Below, piece by piece: positions 41,162 to 49,412 of a stretch of 64,000 nucleotides of DNA. A model generated the notes under the pieces. That model searched no databases, was not told the origin of the DNA, and saw nothing but the letters and a program-made list of their open reading frames with translations. How positions within the stretch are numbered: the stretch's first letter is position 1; each line of letters starts with the position of its first letter. A program made the translations under genes and the position numbers. The DNA is from an uncultured Thermoleophilia bacterium (lineage in GTDB: Bacteria; Actinomycetota; Thermoleophilia; Miltoncostaeales; Miltoncostaeaceae). Where the stretch lies: contig CALIKX010000031.1 in assembly GCA_938017905.1 (NCBI GenBank), forward strand, positions 16,563 to 80,562, written 5' to 3'.

Positions 41162-42078
41162 GCGAGCGCGGCGGCGGGCGCTTCGTGCGGAAGGTGGCCG
41201 AGAAGGTGCGGCGCGCACCGGAGGCCGGGGACGACGACCTGTGGGAGAGCGTGCAGCTGGCGCGGCATGCGGAGCGCCCCTACACGCTCGACTACATCAC
41301 CCGCATGTGCTCGGATTTCGAAGAGGTCCACGGCGATCGCCTGTACGGCGACGACCACGCCATGGTCGCGGGATTCGGGCGGTTCCACGATCGCCCCGTG
41401 GCGTTCATCGGGCAGCAGAAGGGCCGCGACACCAACGAGCGCACATTCCGCAACTTCGGCATGGCGGGCCCCGAGGGGTACCGCAAGGCCATGCGCGTGA
41501 TGGAGATCGCGAACCGCCTGGGGATCCCGGTGGTCACCCTTATCGATACGCCCGGGGCGTTCCCGGGCGCGAGCGCCGAGGAGCGCGGGCAGGGCGGCGC
41601 CATCAGTCGCAGCATCCAGATGATGTGGCGACTGGACGTGCCCACGGTCGCGGTGATCATCGGTGAGGGATCCTCCGGCGGCGCGCTGGGCCTGGGGGTG
41701 GCCGACCGCGTCCTCATGCTGGAGAACAGCACCTACTCAGTCATCAGCCCGGAGGGTGCATCGGCCATCCTGTGGCGCGATGCCAGCAAGGCCCGGCAGG
41801 CGGCGCAGGCGTTCAAGCCGACCGCCGCCAACTGCTATCGGTGGGGCGTGGTGGACGCCGTGGTGCCCGAGCCCGATGGCGGTGCGCACACCGACCACGA
41901 GCAGGCCGCCGAGATCCTCGACCAGTACATCTACCGCGCGCTGACCGACCTGGGCGCGATGCCCCCGGTCGAGCGCCGGCGTGCGCGCCGCGAGCGCTTC
42001 CGGAAGCTGGGACCGCTGCGCGACCCGGAGGGCGGCATGGGCATCGCCACGGGTCGCGAGACACCCCCGCCCGGCTGA
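41158..42078 (+). CDS. accA: Acetyl-CoA carboxylase carboxyltransferase alpha subunit
   Basis: ATGA overlap with accD. RPYTLDYI, HGDR...DD.A.V.G.GR......FIGQQKGR, TLIDTPGA.PG..AEERGQ..AI. Confidence 0.9.
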   Translation: MSERGGGRFVRKVAEKVRRAPEAGDDDLWESVQLARHAERPYTLDYITRMCSDFEEVHGDRLYGDDHAMVAGFGRFHDRPVAFIGQQKGRDTNERTFRNFGMAGPEGYRKAMRVMEIANRLGIPVVTLIDTPGAFPGASAEERGQGGAISRSIQMMWRLDVPTVAVIIGEGSSGGALGLGVADRVLMLENSTYSVISPEGASAILWRDASKARQAAQAFKPTAANCYRWGVVDAVVPEPDGGAHTDHEQAAEILDQYIYRALTDLGAMPPVERRRARRERFRKLGPLRDPEGGMGIATGRETPPPG

Positions 42079-42082
42079 TCGT

Positions 42083-42103
42083 GGGGGATCAGGAGGATCC
42101 CCC
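42083..42103 (+). terminator. Hairpin GGGGGATC-aggag-GATCCCCC just after the accA stop (possible operon terminator)
   Basis: 8-bp perfect inverted repeat read directly. No U-tract follows. Confidence 0.3.
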
Positions 42104-42113
42104 CGCGCGCCGG

Positions 42114-42506
42114 ATGGACCCCGCGCGCCTCGCGGATATCGACGACCCCGCGGCCCTTGCGCGTGCGCTGCCCGACGGCGAGCCGTCGGACCCTTGGCCG
42201 CTGGTGCGGGACATCCTGGACGACGCCCGCGCCGGCCTCCCCGACGCGGAGTTCGACCTGGTGGTGTCCGGCACGCGCAGGGTGATCGCGCCACTGCTGC
42301 ACGGGCGCCCCGCGGAGTGGCCACCCACCGGCCCCTCGGATGGCGGCAGCCTGCCGGCGGGTGCCGCATCCGCCATGCGCGAGGTACGGGCCACCCTCTG
42401 CCTGTCGGCGCGCCATGGGGGGCCCGGCAGCACGCGGGCGCTCGCGATGCTGGGCCGCCGCATCGACGCCCACCTCGACGACCTGATGACCGGGACCGGT
42501 ATCTAG
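42114..42506 (+). CDS. Hypothetical acidic protein
   Basis: High GC3 and protein-like composition. No motif recognised. Start ATG 42114, or GTG 42081. Confidence 0.4.
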   Translation: MDPARLADIDDPAALARALPDGEPSDPWPLVRDILDDARAGLPDAEFDLVVSGTRRVIAPLLHGRPAEWPPTGPSDGGSLPAGAASAMREVRATLCLSARHGGPGSTRALAMLGRRIDAHLDDLMTGTGI

Positions 42507-43462
42507 GCCGTCAGGCCGTCGCCGCGCAGCACCAGAAGCCCGGTGGCGGGTCGCATGACGATGTGCCGGTGGCGGCCCAGGGCCTCGCCGTCGGCCTGCA
42601 GGGCCACGCCGTCGCCATCGTCGACGACGATGGACTCGGTGGCCATGCCGTGGGCCACCCGCGACGACCCCAGATGCCAGGCACCGGTGAACGCACCGGC
42701 CGCGGCGACGGCCGGGCCGCCCAGCCCGCGCGACACCGCCCCCAGCCAGCCCAGCGCGCCCTCGTGCCCGGCATCGGGGATGAGGTCAAAGGGGCGGCTG
42801 CGGAAGTACGCATACGGACGGGTGCAGGCAACGCTGATGGAGGCCAGGGGGAAGGGCGTGCCGCCGTCGATGGCCACGCGCATCAGCGGCCTGCGCCACT
42901 GGCGGGCGGCGGCTAGCGCCGTGGCGCTGGCGAACCAGGCCTGTCCCACGCGCTTCTTCCACTGCGGATGGCGCTCCACCAGGTCGGCGGCCTCGGCGTC
43001 GATCCCCACGCCGGCGTTGACGATGAAGAAGCGCTCCTCATCGCCGGCCTCGACGCGGCCGATGGTGACCTTGGCCGCGTCCTGGCCCTGCGCGAGGGCA
43101 TCCACCAGCCGGTCGATCGCCAGGCGCGGCTGCATGGGCCACCCGATGGTGCGCGCGAACACGTTCGTGCTGCCGGTGGGCATGGGCGCGAGTGCGGCCC
43201 CGGTGCCCACCAGCGCGCCCGCGGCCTCGGCGGCGGTCCCGTCACCGCCCAGCGTCACCACGGTCAGCGCCTCGTGCTCCTGCGTGGCCAGCCGCGCCAG
43301 GTCGGCCGCGTGTCCGCGCTCCTGCGTGGTCAGCACCGCACGCACGCCGAACGGTGCCAGTTGCGCCTCGGCGTACTCGGTCAGCCCGGGCTGGGCAGCG
43401 GTGGACCGCGGGTTGACGAGGATCGCGATCGGGTGGTCCGCCGCGTGGCGGGGTTCGCTCAT
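42503..43462 (-). CDS. Diacylglycerol kinase catalytic-domain family lipid kinase (YegS/LCB5-like)
   Basis: ILVNP.S......, then the VVTLGGDGT..E motif, and P.GS.N.FAR. Confidence 0.8.
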   Translation of the reverse strand: MSEPRHAADHPIAILVNPRSTAAQPGLTEYAEAQLAPFGVRAVLTTQERGHAADLARLATQEHEALTVVTLGGDGTAAEAAGALVGTGAALAPMPTGSTNVFARTIGWPMQPRLAIDRLVDALAQGQDAAKVTIGRVEAGDEERFFIVNAGVGIDAEAADLVERHPQWKKRVGQAWFASATALAAARQWRRPLMRVAIDGGTPFPLASISVACTRPYAYFRSRPFDLIPDAGHEGALGWLGAVSRGLGGPAVAAAGAFTGAWHLGSSRVAHGMATESIVVDDGDGVALQADGEALGRHRHIVMRPATGLLVLRGDGLTA

Positions 43463-44151
43463 GCGTCCCCGGTCAGGGCCTGCTCGAGGCGCGCGAGGAA
43501 TGCCGCGATGAGGAGGTCGATGGTGTCCGGGCGCTCCAGTTGCGGAACGTGCGCCGTGCCGGCGATGACCGCCAGCGAGGAATCGGGCAGCTCATCCGCG
43601 AGCTCCTCGGATAACCAGGTGGGCACCAGCGGGTCCTCCTCGCCGCTCACCACGAGGGCGGGAGCACCGAGGTCGCCCAGCCGTCCGCGCAGGTCGTGCT
43701 CGCGCGCGGACACGTAGTCGGCGCGGAGGCTCTCCGGACCCATCGCGATGACGGAGTTCGTGCCACGTCGGATCAGATCCGGCTCATGGTGCAGCCACGA
43801 CTGCTCCACCATGCGCGCGCATTCGGCTTCGAAGTCCAGGTCGATGCGTTCGATGGCGTCGTCCGGGACCGGCAGCCGGGCCCCGGTGGACACCAGCACG
43901 AGGCCGGCCGCCAGATCCGGGCGGGCGAGCGCCACCCGCAGGGCCACGGCGCCGCCCAGCGAGTGGCCCACCATCACCAGCGGCCCTGGCACGCCCTCCA
44001 TCTCGGCGATGACCCAGTCGGCCATGGCCGCAGTGCCGTGCAGGGGTGCGCCATCCGGGTGGCCCGGGAGGGCCACCGCCAGGGCGCCCTCGAAGCGGGC
44101 GAGCTGAGGGCCCCACGATGCCGGCGTGCGGCCGGCGCCGTGGATGAACAC
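43459..44151 (-). CDS. Alpha/beta hydrolase
   Basis: FIHGAG, and the nucleophile elbow GHSLGG. The only possible start is GTG 44151, because an in-frame stop lies upstream. Confidence 0.75.
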   Translation of the reverse strand: MFIHGAGRTPASWGPQLARFEGALAVALPGHPDGAPLHGTAAMADWVIAEMEGVPGPLVMVGHSLGGAVALRVALARPDLAAGLVLVSTGARLPVPDDAIERIDLDFEAECARMVEQSWLHHEPDLIRRGTNSVIAMGPESLRADYVSAREHDLRGRLGDLGAPALVVSGEEDPLVPTWLSEELADELPDSSLAVIAGTAHVPQLERPDTIDLLIAAFLARLEQALTGDA

Positions 44152-44193
44152 GGGACGGGGCGCGTCTATTGCTGCTGCTCCTGCACGCGGATC

Positions 44194-44898
44194 ATGGTAG
44201 CGACGTCGTTGGTACCCTCACCGGCCGTGGCTCCGCTCCTGCTCGCCGTGGATTTCGACGGCACCATCACCCTGCGCGACACCCTGCACGTCATCGTGGA
44301 CGAGCACGGGCGCAGGGGCGTGTGGGACGAACTCGAGCCCGATCTCCGCGCCGGGCGCATCACGATCGAGCAGGCGATGGCCGAGCAGTTCCGCACCGTC
44401 CGTGCCACGCCCGGCGAGATCGCCGAGCTGGTGCGCGAGCGCGCGGGGGTACGCCCGGGTTTCGCCGATCTCGTGGCCTACGCCGAACGCGCCGGTCACC
44501 ACCTCGTGGTGATGTCCGCGGGCTTCCGGTCGGTGATCGACCTGGTGCTGGGCGACATGGGGCTGGGGCACCTGGAGGTGGTCTCGAACGAGGCCCTGTT
44601 CTCGGCCGATGGCTGCACCCTGGTGTTCTCGGACGATCGTGGCGAGGTGTGCGGGCTGTGCGACCGCCGGTGCAAGAGGCACGCGGTGCGCACGCGCCAC
44701 GATGGCGAGCCGGTCATCTACGTGGGCGACGGCATCAGCGACCGCTGCGTGTCGGGGATCGCCGACCTGGTGTTCGCACGCGCGGGCCTGGCGGAGTGGC
44801 TCGATGAGCAGGGCCGGGAGTACGTCCCGTTCGACGACTTCCATCAGGTCGTGAGCGGCGTGAGGGCCTTCGAGGCCGGGGAGAGGGCCGCAGCATGA
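44194..44898 (+). CDS. HAD-IB phosphatase (MtnX-like)
   Basis: LAVDFDGTIT (DxDGT motif I), then ...C..C......K...., and VGDGISD (motif IV). Confidence 0.7.
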   Translation: MVATSLVPSPAVAPLLLAVDFDGTITLRDTLHVIVDEHGRRGVWDELEPDLRAGRITIEQAMAEQFRTVRATPGEIAELVRERAGVRPGFADLVAYAERAGHHLVVMSAGFRSVIDLVLGDMGLGHLEVVSNEALFSADGCTLVFSDDRGEVCGLCDRRCKRHAVRTRHDGEPVIYVGDGISDRCVSGIADLVFARAGLAEWLDEQGREYVPFDDFHQVVSGVRAFEAGERAAA

Positions 44899-47800
44899 GT
44901 GGCTGGAAGCCCGTGGGGCCCGCGTCCGGATGGACGTCCATGGAGGAACGCGTGCTGGCGCGCTGGCGGGAGGGCGATGTGTTCCGGCGCAGCGTGGAGA
45001 TGCGCCGCGGCGCCGACCCGTACGTGTTCTACGAAGGGCCACCCACGGCCAACGGACGCCCGGGGTCCCACCACGTGCTGTCGCGGGTGTTCAAGGACAT
45101 CTTCCCTCGCTTCCACACCATGCGGGGCCGCTACGTCGAGCGCAAGGCGGGGTGGGACTGCCACGGCCTGCCCGTGGAGCTCGAGGTGGAGAAGCAGCTG
45201 GGCATCAGCGGCAAGCCGGAGATCGAGGCATTCGGCATCGCCGAGTTCAATGCCCGCTGCCGCGAGTCGGTGGGCGAGTACCTGGACGAGTGGGAGCGCC
45301 TCACCGAGCGCATCGGGTTCTGGGTGGACACCTCCGAGGCCTACCGCACCATGGACACCGACTACGTCGAGAGCGTGTGGTGGAGCCTCGCCACCCTCTT
45401 TGACGCCGGCCGCGTGTACGAGTCGGACAAGGTGGTGCCGTACTGCCCGCGCTGCGGCACGGCGCTGAGCAGCCACGAGGTCGCGCAGGGGTACAAGGAC
45501 GTCACGGACCCGTCCATCTACGTGAAGTTCCCCACCGGCGACGGATTGTCCCTGCTGGTGTGGACCACGACCCCGTGGACACTCCCCGCCAACCAGGCCG
45601 CGGCCATCAACCCGTCGGTGGACTACGCGGTGGTGGTTGCCGGTGACGAGCGGCTGGTGATGGCCGAGGCCCTCGTGCCCGCGGTGATGGGTGACGACGC
45701 GGTGATCGAGCGGGTGATGCCCGCATCGGAGCTCGCGGGGATGGAGTACGCGCCACCGTTCGACCTCATCCCGGGGCGTCATGTGGTGGTGATGAGCGAC
45801 TTCGTCACCACCGAGGACGGCACGGGCATCGTGCACATCGCCCCGGCATTCGGCGAGGACGACATGGGCGCCGCGCGCGAGCACGGCCTGGATGCCCCCA
45901 ACCCGGTGGACCGCCAGGGGCTCTTCAGCGCGACGGTCCCGCTGGCCGAGGGGCAGTTCGTGAAGGATGCCGACCGTCTGCTGATCGACGACCTCACCAC
46001 CCGCGGGCGCGTGCTGCGCGAGAAGCCGTATGAGCACTCCTACCCCCACTGCTGGCGGTGCTCGACCCCCCTGCTCTACTACGCCAAGCCGTCCTGGTAC
46101 ATCCGCACCACCGAGGTGCGTGATCGCATGCTCGAGTTGAACGCCTCTGTCGGATGGCACCCGGAGCACGTGCGCGACGGCCGGTTCGGCCGGTGGCTCG
46201 AGGGCAACATCGACTGGGCCATCTCGCGCGAGCGCTACTGGGGCACCCCGCTTCCGTTCTGGCGCTGCGGCGACTGCAACGAGGTGACGGCCATCGGTTC
46301 GTTCGCGCAGCTGCGCGAACGGGCCACGGTGGAGGTGCCGGACGATCTGGACCCGCATCGCCCCTGGGTGGATGACATCCCGGTGCGCTGCCCGTGCGGC
46401 GGCACGGCCCACCGGGTCCCCGAGGTCGCCGACGTGTGGTTCGACTCCGGCGCCATGCCCTTCGCGCAGCACCACCACCCGTTCGGGGGGCCCGATGACC
46501 TCTCGGGCCGGTTCCCCGCGGACTTCGTGTGCGAGGCACTCGACCAGACGCGCGGCTGGTTCTACTCGCTGCTGGCGGAGGGCACGCTGCTCTTCGACGA
46601 GGCCCCGTACCGCAACGTGGTGTGCCTGGGGCTCATCCTCGATGCCGACGGCCAGAAGATGAGCAAGTCCAAGGGCAATGTGGTGGAGCCGTGGACGGTC
46701 ATCGACCACGCGGGGGCGGATGCGTTCCGCTGGTACCTGTTCACCGCCCAGAGCCCGTGGGAGTCGTTCCGGTTCAGTCTGGACGTGGTGGATGAGACCC
46801 GCCGCAGGTTCTTGTTCACGCTGTGGAACACCTATGCGTTCCTGGTCACCTATGCGTCGCTGCCCGATGGCTGGAGCCCCGGCGACGCTTCCCCGCCCGT
46901 GGATGAGCGCCCCGCGATGGACCGGTGGGCGCTCTCGCGCCTGGACGCCACGGTGGAGCACGTCACGGCGCGGCTGGTCGACTACGACCCCACGGCGGCG
47001 GGCCGCGCGCTCGAGGACCTCGTTGATGATCTCTCCAACTGGTACGTGCGCACCTCGCGCCGCCGCTTCTGGCGCAGTGATGACCGCGCGGACACCGCGG
47101 CGGCATTCGCCACGCTGCATGAGTGCCTCACCACCATCGCGCTGCTGGTGGCGCCCTTCTGCCCGTTCGTGGCGGATGAGATGTGGGACAACCTCGTGGC
47201 CGTGCACGATTCGTCCGCTGCGCCGAGCGTCCACCTGGCGGACTGGCCGGCCCCCGGTGGCCGTCGCGATGAGGACCTGGAGCAGGCGATGGCGGCGGCC
47301 ATGGAGGCCACGACCCTCGGCCGCTCGGCCCGCAAGGAGGCCAAGCTGAAGGTGCGCCAGCCGCTGGCCGAGGCCGTCATCGCATGCCCGCCCGCAACAG
47401 CACGGGCGCTGGAGGGCCTCTCGGGAATCGTGGCGGAGGAGCTGAACGTGCGCGCCGTGCGGTTCGTCACCGACGCCGGCGGGCTGGTGGAGGTCAGCCT
47501 CAAGCCCAATTACCGCACGCTGGGCCCGCGCATGGGCAAGGAGATGCCCGCAATGGCCCAGACGGTGGCCGCGCTGGATGCCACGGCCGCCGTGACGGCC
47601 CTCGATGCCGGGCAGTCCGTGACGGTGAGCGTGAACGGCGTCGAGCAGGTGCTGCACGATGAGGACCTGCTGCGCGAGGTGCGCCCCACCGAGGGCTACG
47701 CCGTTGCGGAGGGCGGCGCGCTGGCCGTGGGCTTGGCCACCGACATCACCCCCGAGCTGGAGATGGAGGGCCTGGCGCGCGACCTGGTGCGGGCCATCCA

Positions 47801-48026
47801 GACCGCCCGCCGCGCCGCCGACCTGAAGGTGGAGGATCGCATCGTGCTGCACCTCGATGGGTCGGCCCGCATCCGCGAGGCCATCGATGCCCATCGGGAG
47901 TGGATTGCCGGCGAGGTGCTGGCCACCGACCTCACCGTGGGCCACGGGGTGCCGTTCACCCCCCTGCACCGCGAGGATGGCGAGCTCGATGCCGAGCCGG
48001 TTGCAATCTCCTTATCGCTCGCATAA
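44895..48026 (+). CDS. ileS: Isoleucyl-tRNA synthetase (type 2, ~1040 aa)
   Basis: F.EGPPTANG.PG.HH (HIGH region), KMSKSKGN, and a CP1 editing insertion. ATGA overlap with the upstream HAD gene. Confidence 0.95.
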   Translation: MSGWKPVGPASGWTSMEERVLARWREGDVFRRSVEMRRGADPYVFYEGPPTANGRPGSHHVLSRVFKDIFPRFHTMRGRYVERKAGWDCHGLPVELEVEKQLGISGKPEIEAFGIAEFNARCRESVGEYLDEWERLTERIGFWVDTSEAYRTMDTDYVESVWWSLATLFDAGRVYESDKVVPYCPRCGTALSSHEVAQGYKDVTDPSIYVKFPTGDGLSLLVWTTTPWTLPANQAAAINPSVDYAVVVAGDERLVMAEALVPAVMGDDAVIERVMPASELAGMEYAPPFDLIPGRHVVVMSDFVTTEDGTGIVHIAPAFGEDDMGAAREHGLDAPNPVDRQGLFSATVPLAEGQFVKDADRLLIDDLTTRGRVLREKPYEHSYPHCWRCSTPLLYYAKPSWYIRTTEVRDRMLELNASVGWHPEHVRDGRFGRWLEGNIDWAISRERYWGTPLPFWRCGDCNEVTAIGSFAQLRERATVEVPDDLDPHRPWVDDIPVRCPCGGTAHRVPEVADVWFDSGAMPFAQHHHPFGGPDDLSGRFPADFVCEALDQTRGWFYSLLAEGTLLFDEAPYRNVVCLGLILDADGQKMSKSKGNVVEPWTVIDHAGADAFRWYLFTAQSPWESFRFSLDVVDETRRRFLFTLWNTYAFLVTYASLPDGWSPGDASPPVDERPAMDRWALSRLDATVEHVTARLVDYDPTAAGRALEDLVDDLSNWYVRTSRRRFWRSDDRADTAAAFATLHECLTTIALLVAPFCPFVADEMWDNLVAVHDSSAAPSVHLADWPAPGGRRDEDLEQAMAAAMEATTLGRSARKEAKLKVRQPLAEAVIACPPATARALEGLSGIVAEELNVRAVRFVTDAGGLVEVSLKPNYRTLGPRMGKEMPAMAQTVAALDATAAVTALDAGQSVTVSVNGVEQVLHDEDLLREVRPTEGYAVAEGGALAVGLATDITPELEMEGLARDLVRAIQTARRAADLKVEDRIVLHLDGSARIREAIDAHREWIAGEVLATDLTVGHGVPFTPLHREDGELDAEPVAISLSLA

Positions 48027-48039
48027 GAATTCCCTCTAC

Positions 48040-48759
48040 ATGAGCACCTTCGCGCTTCCCTCCCGTACCCCCGCGGCCGTGCATCCGTGGGCGCCCCGCT
48101 TCGCGCAGGCCATCACGGGCCTGCTGTGCCTCGAGGCCGTGCTGTTCCAGACACCGGCCGTGGTGGCGGTGGCCGCTGCCCTGATCGTCCTCGCGCTGAT
48201 CGGCCCCCGCTGGTCACCCGTGGCCTATCTCTTCGCCCTGCTCCCCGTGAAGCCCGCGGAACTCGAGCCTTCGCGTCCGGTCCGGTTCGCCCAGTGGATG
48301 GCCCTGGTCATGCTGGCCGCAGCCATCGTGCTGCTCTACGCGGGGGCACCCACCGCCGGCTGGATCCTCACCGGCATGGTGGCCGTCGTGGCGCTCTTCT
48401 CCGCCATCAGCGGCATCTGCGTGGGGTGCATCGCCTGGAAGCAGATCGCCCGGCGCGCCGGCTCGGCGCACGACCTGAAGAGCGCCTTCGGCCTGTCCGG
48501 CACGGGTCCGTGGCTGCTCGTGGTGACGGCCGACAACTGCCCGCGGTGCGGGCCGGCCAAGGCCGCCATCCACGACGCCGCCCGCGGGCATGAGATCGTG
48601 GACGTCGACCTGGACGAGCACCCCGAGGCCGGGGCGCTGCCCATCTGGAGCGTGCCCGCGGGCATTGTCATCGGCCCATCGGGCGAGGTGGGGATGGTGA
48701 AGACCGGCCGCATCGGCGCCGTGGAGGCCGCCGAGCTGGTCAGCGCCCTGGCCCCCTAG
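48040..48759 (+). CDS. Membrane protein (DUF4395-like N-terminal half) fused to a thioredoxin/glutaredoxin-like domain with CPRC
   Basis: Four hydrophobic segments, then LLVVTADNCPRCGPAK. Confidence 0.55.
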   Translation: MSTFALPSRTPAAVHPWAPRFAQAITGLLCLEAVLFQTPAVVAVAAALIVLALIGPRWSPVAYLFALLPVKPAELEPSRPVRFAQWMALVMLAAAIVLLYAGAPTAGWILTGMVAVVALFSAISGICVGCIAWKQIARRAGSAHDLKSAFGLSGTGPWLLVVTADNCPRCGPAKAAIHDAARGHEIVDVDLDEHPEAGALPIWSVPAGIVIGPSGEVGMVKTGRIGAVEAAELVSALAP

Positions 48760-49025
48760 CCGGTCTTCTCGCGGATCTTGACCGACAGGTCCACGTCACC
48801 GCGCACGCGCTTCCAGCACTCGGCGGGGTCCACGCCGGCCTTCTCGCAGATCTCCTCGAGGCGCTTGAGCAGCCGGACGTCCGGCAGGAGCATCCCCACC
48901 ACCTCGCCATCGGCGATCGTCAGGTCCACTCCGTCCTCGCCGTCCACGGCGCGCAGTTCCATCTTCGCGAATGGCTGCACCGTGCGCAGGCTGAAGTACA
49001 TGGGGGGCATGGGCTGGTCGGTCAT
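48756..49025 (-). CDS. Small hypothetical protein (89 aa)
   Basis: In-frame ATG 49025 inside ORF 48756..49355. The C-terminal part has a coding-like composition. No motif recognised. Confidence 0.4.
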   Translation of the reverse strand: MTDQPMPPMYFSLRTVQPFAKMELRAVDGEDGVDLTIADGEVVGMLLPDVRLLKRLEEICEKAGVDPAECWKRVRGDVDLSVKIREKTG

Positions 49026-49083
49026 GTCGTCTCCGGCTCGACGGTTTCGTGCCTGGCACCGGGGTGCGGCCCGGAAAGGGTAG

Positions 49084-49398
49084 TCAGGGCAGGTGCCGCG
49101 ACAGCATCCTGCGGATCTTCTTCTCCGATGGCGTGCCGGTGAGGCGCGCAACCTCCTGCCCCTCGCGGAACAGGATGAGGGTGGGCAGCGAGAGCACCGC
49201 GTGGCGGGCTGCGGCGATCGGGTTGGCGTCCACGTCCAGCGCTGCCACGGCCAGCCGGCCCTCCATCTCGCGGGCGAGTGCCTCGACCACCGGCGAGAGC
49301 CTCTCGCACGGCACGCACCACGGTGCCCAGAAGTCCACCAGCACCGGAACCGCACCGCTCACGTGCGCGGTGAAGCCGGAGTCATCCAGCGCCGGCAC
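49084..49398 (-). CDS. trxA: Thioredoxin (active site WCVPC)
   Basis: VLVDFWAPWCVPC......P.L..F..G. Confidence 0.85.
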   Translation of the reverse strand: MPALDDSGFTAHVSGAVPVLVDFWAPWCVPCERLSPVVEALAREMEGRLAVAALDVDANPIAAARHAVLSLPTLILFREGQEVARLTGTPSEKKIRRMLSRHLP

Positions 49399-49412
49399 GC
49401 CCGGGGCCTGGG

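Noticed and set aside
44844-47969. A 1041-aa ORF on the minus strand, antisense to ileS. Similar very long antisense ORFs are 31557..33350 (opposite gyrA), 61240..63912 (opposite nuoG), 53231..54373, 54835..56490 and 56814..58856 (opposite nuoN/M/L), and 28982..30052 and 30179..31432 (opposite gyrB).
   Set aside because: Their translations are Arg/Gly/His/Pro-rich low-complexity sequence with no motifs. The opposite strand encodes unmistakable conserved proteins. Long stop-free antisense frames are expected at this GC content.
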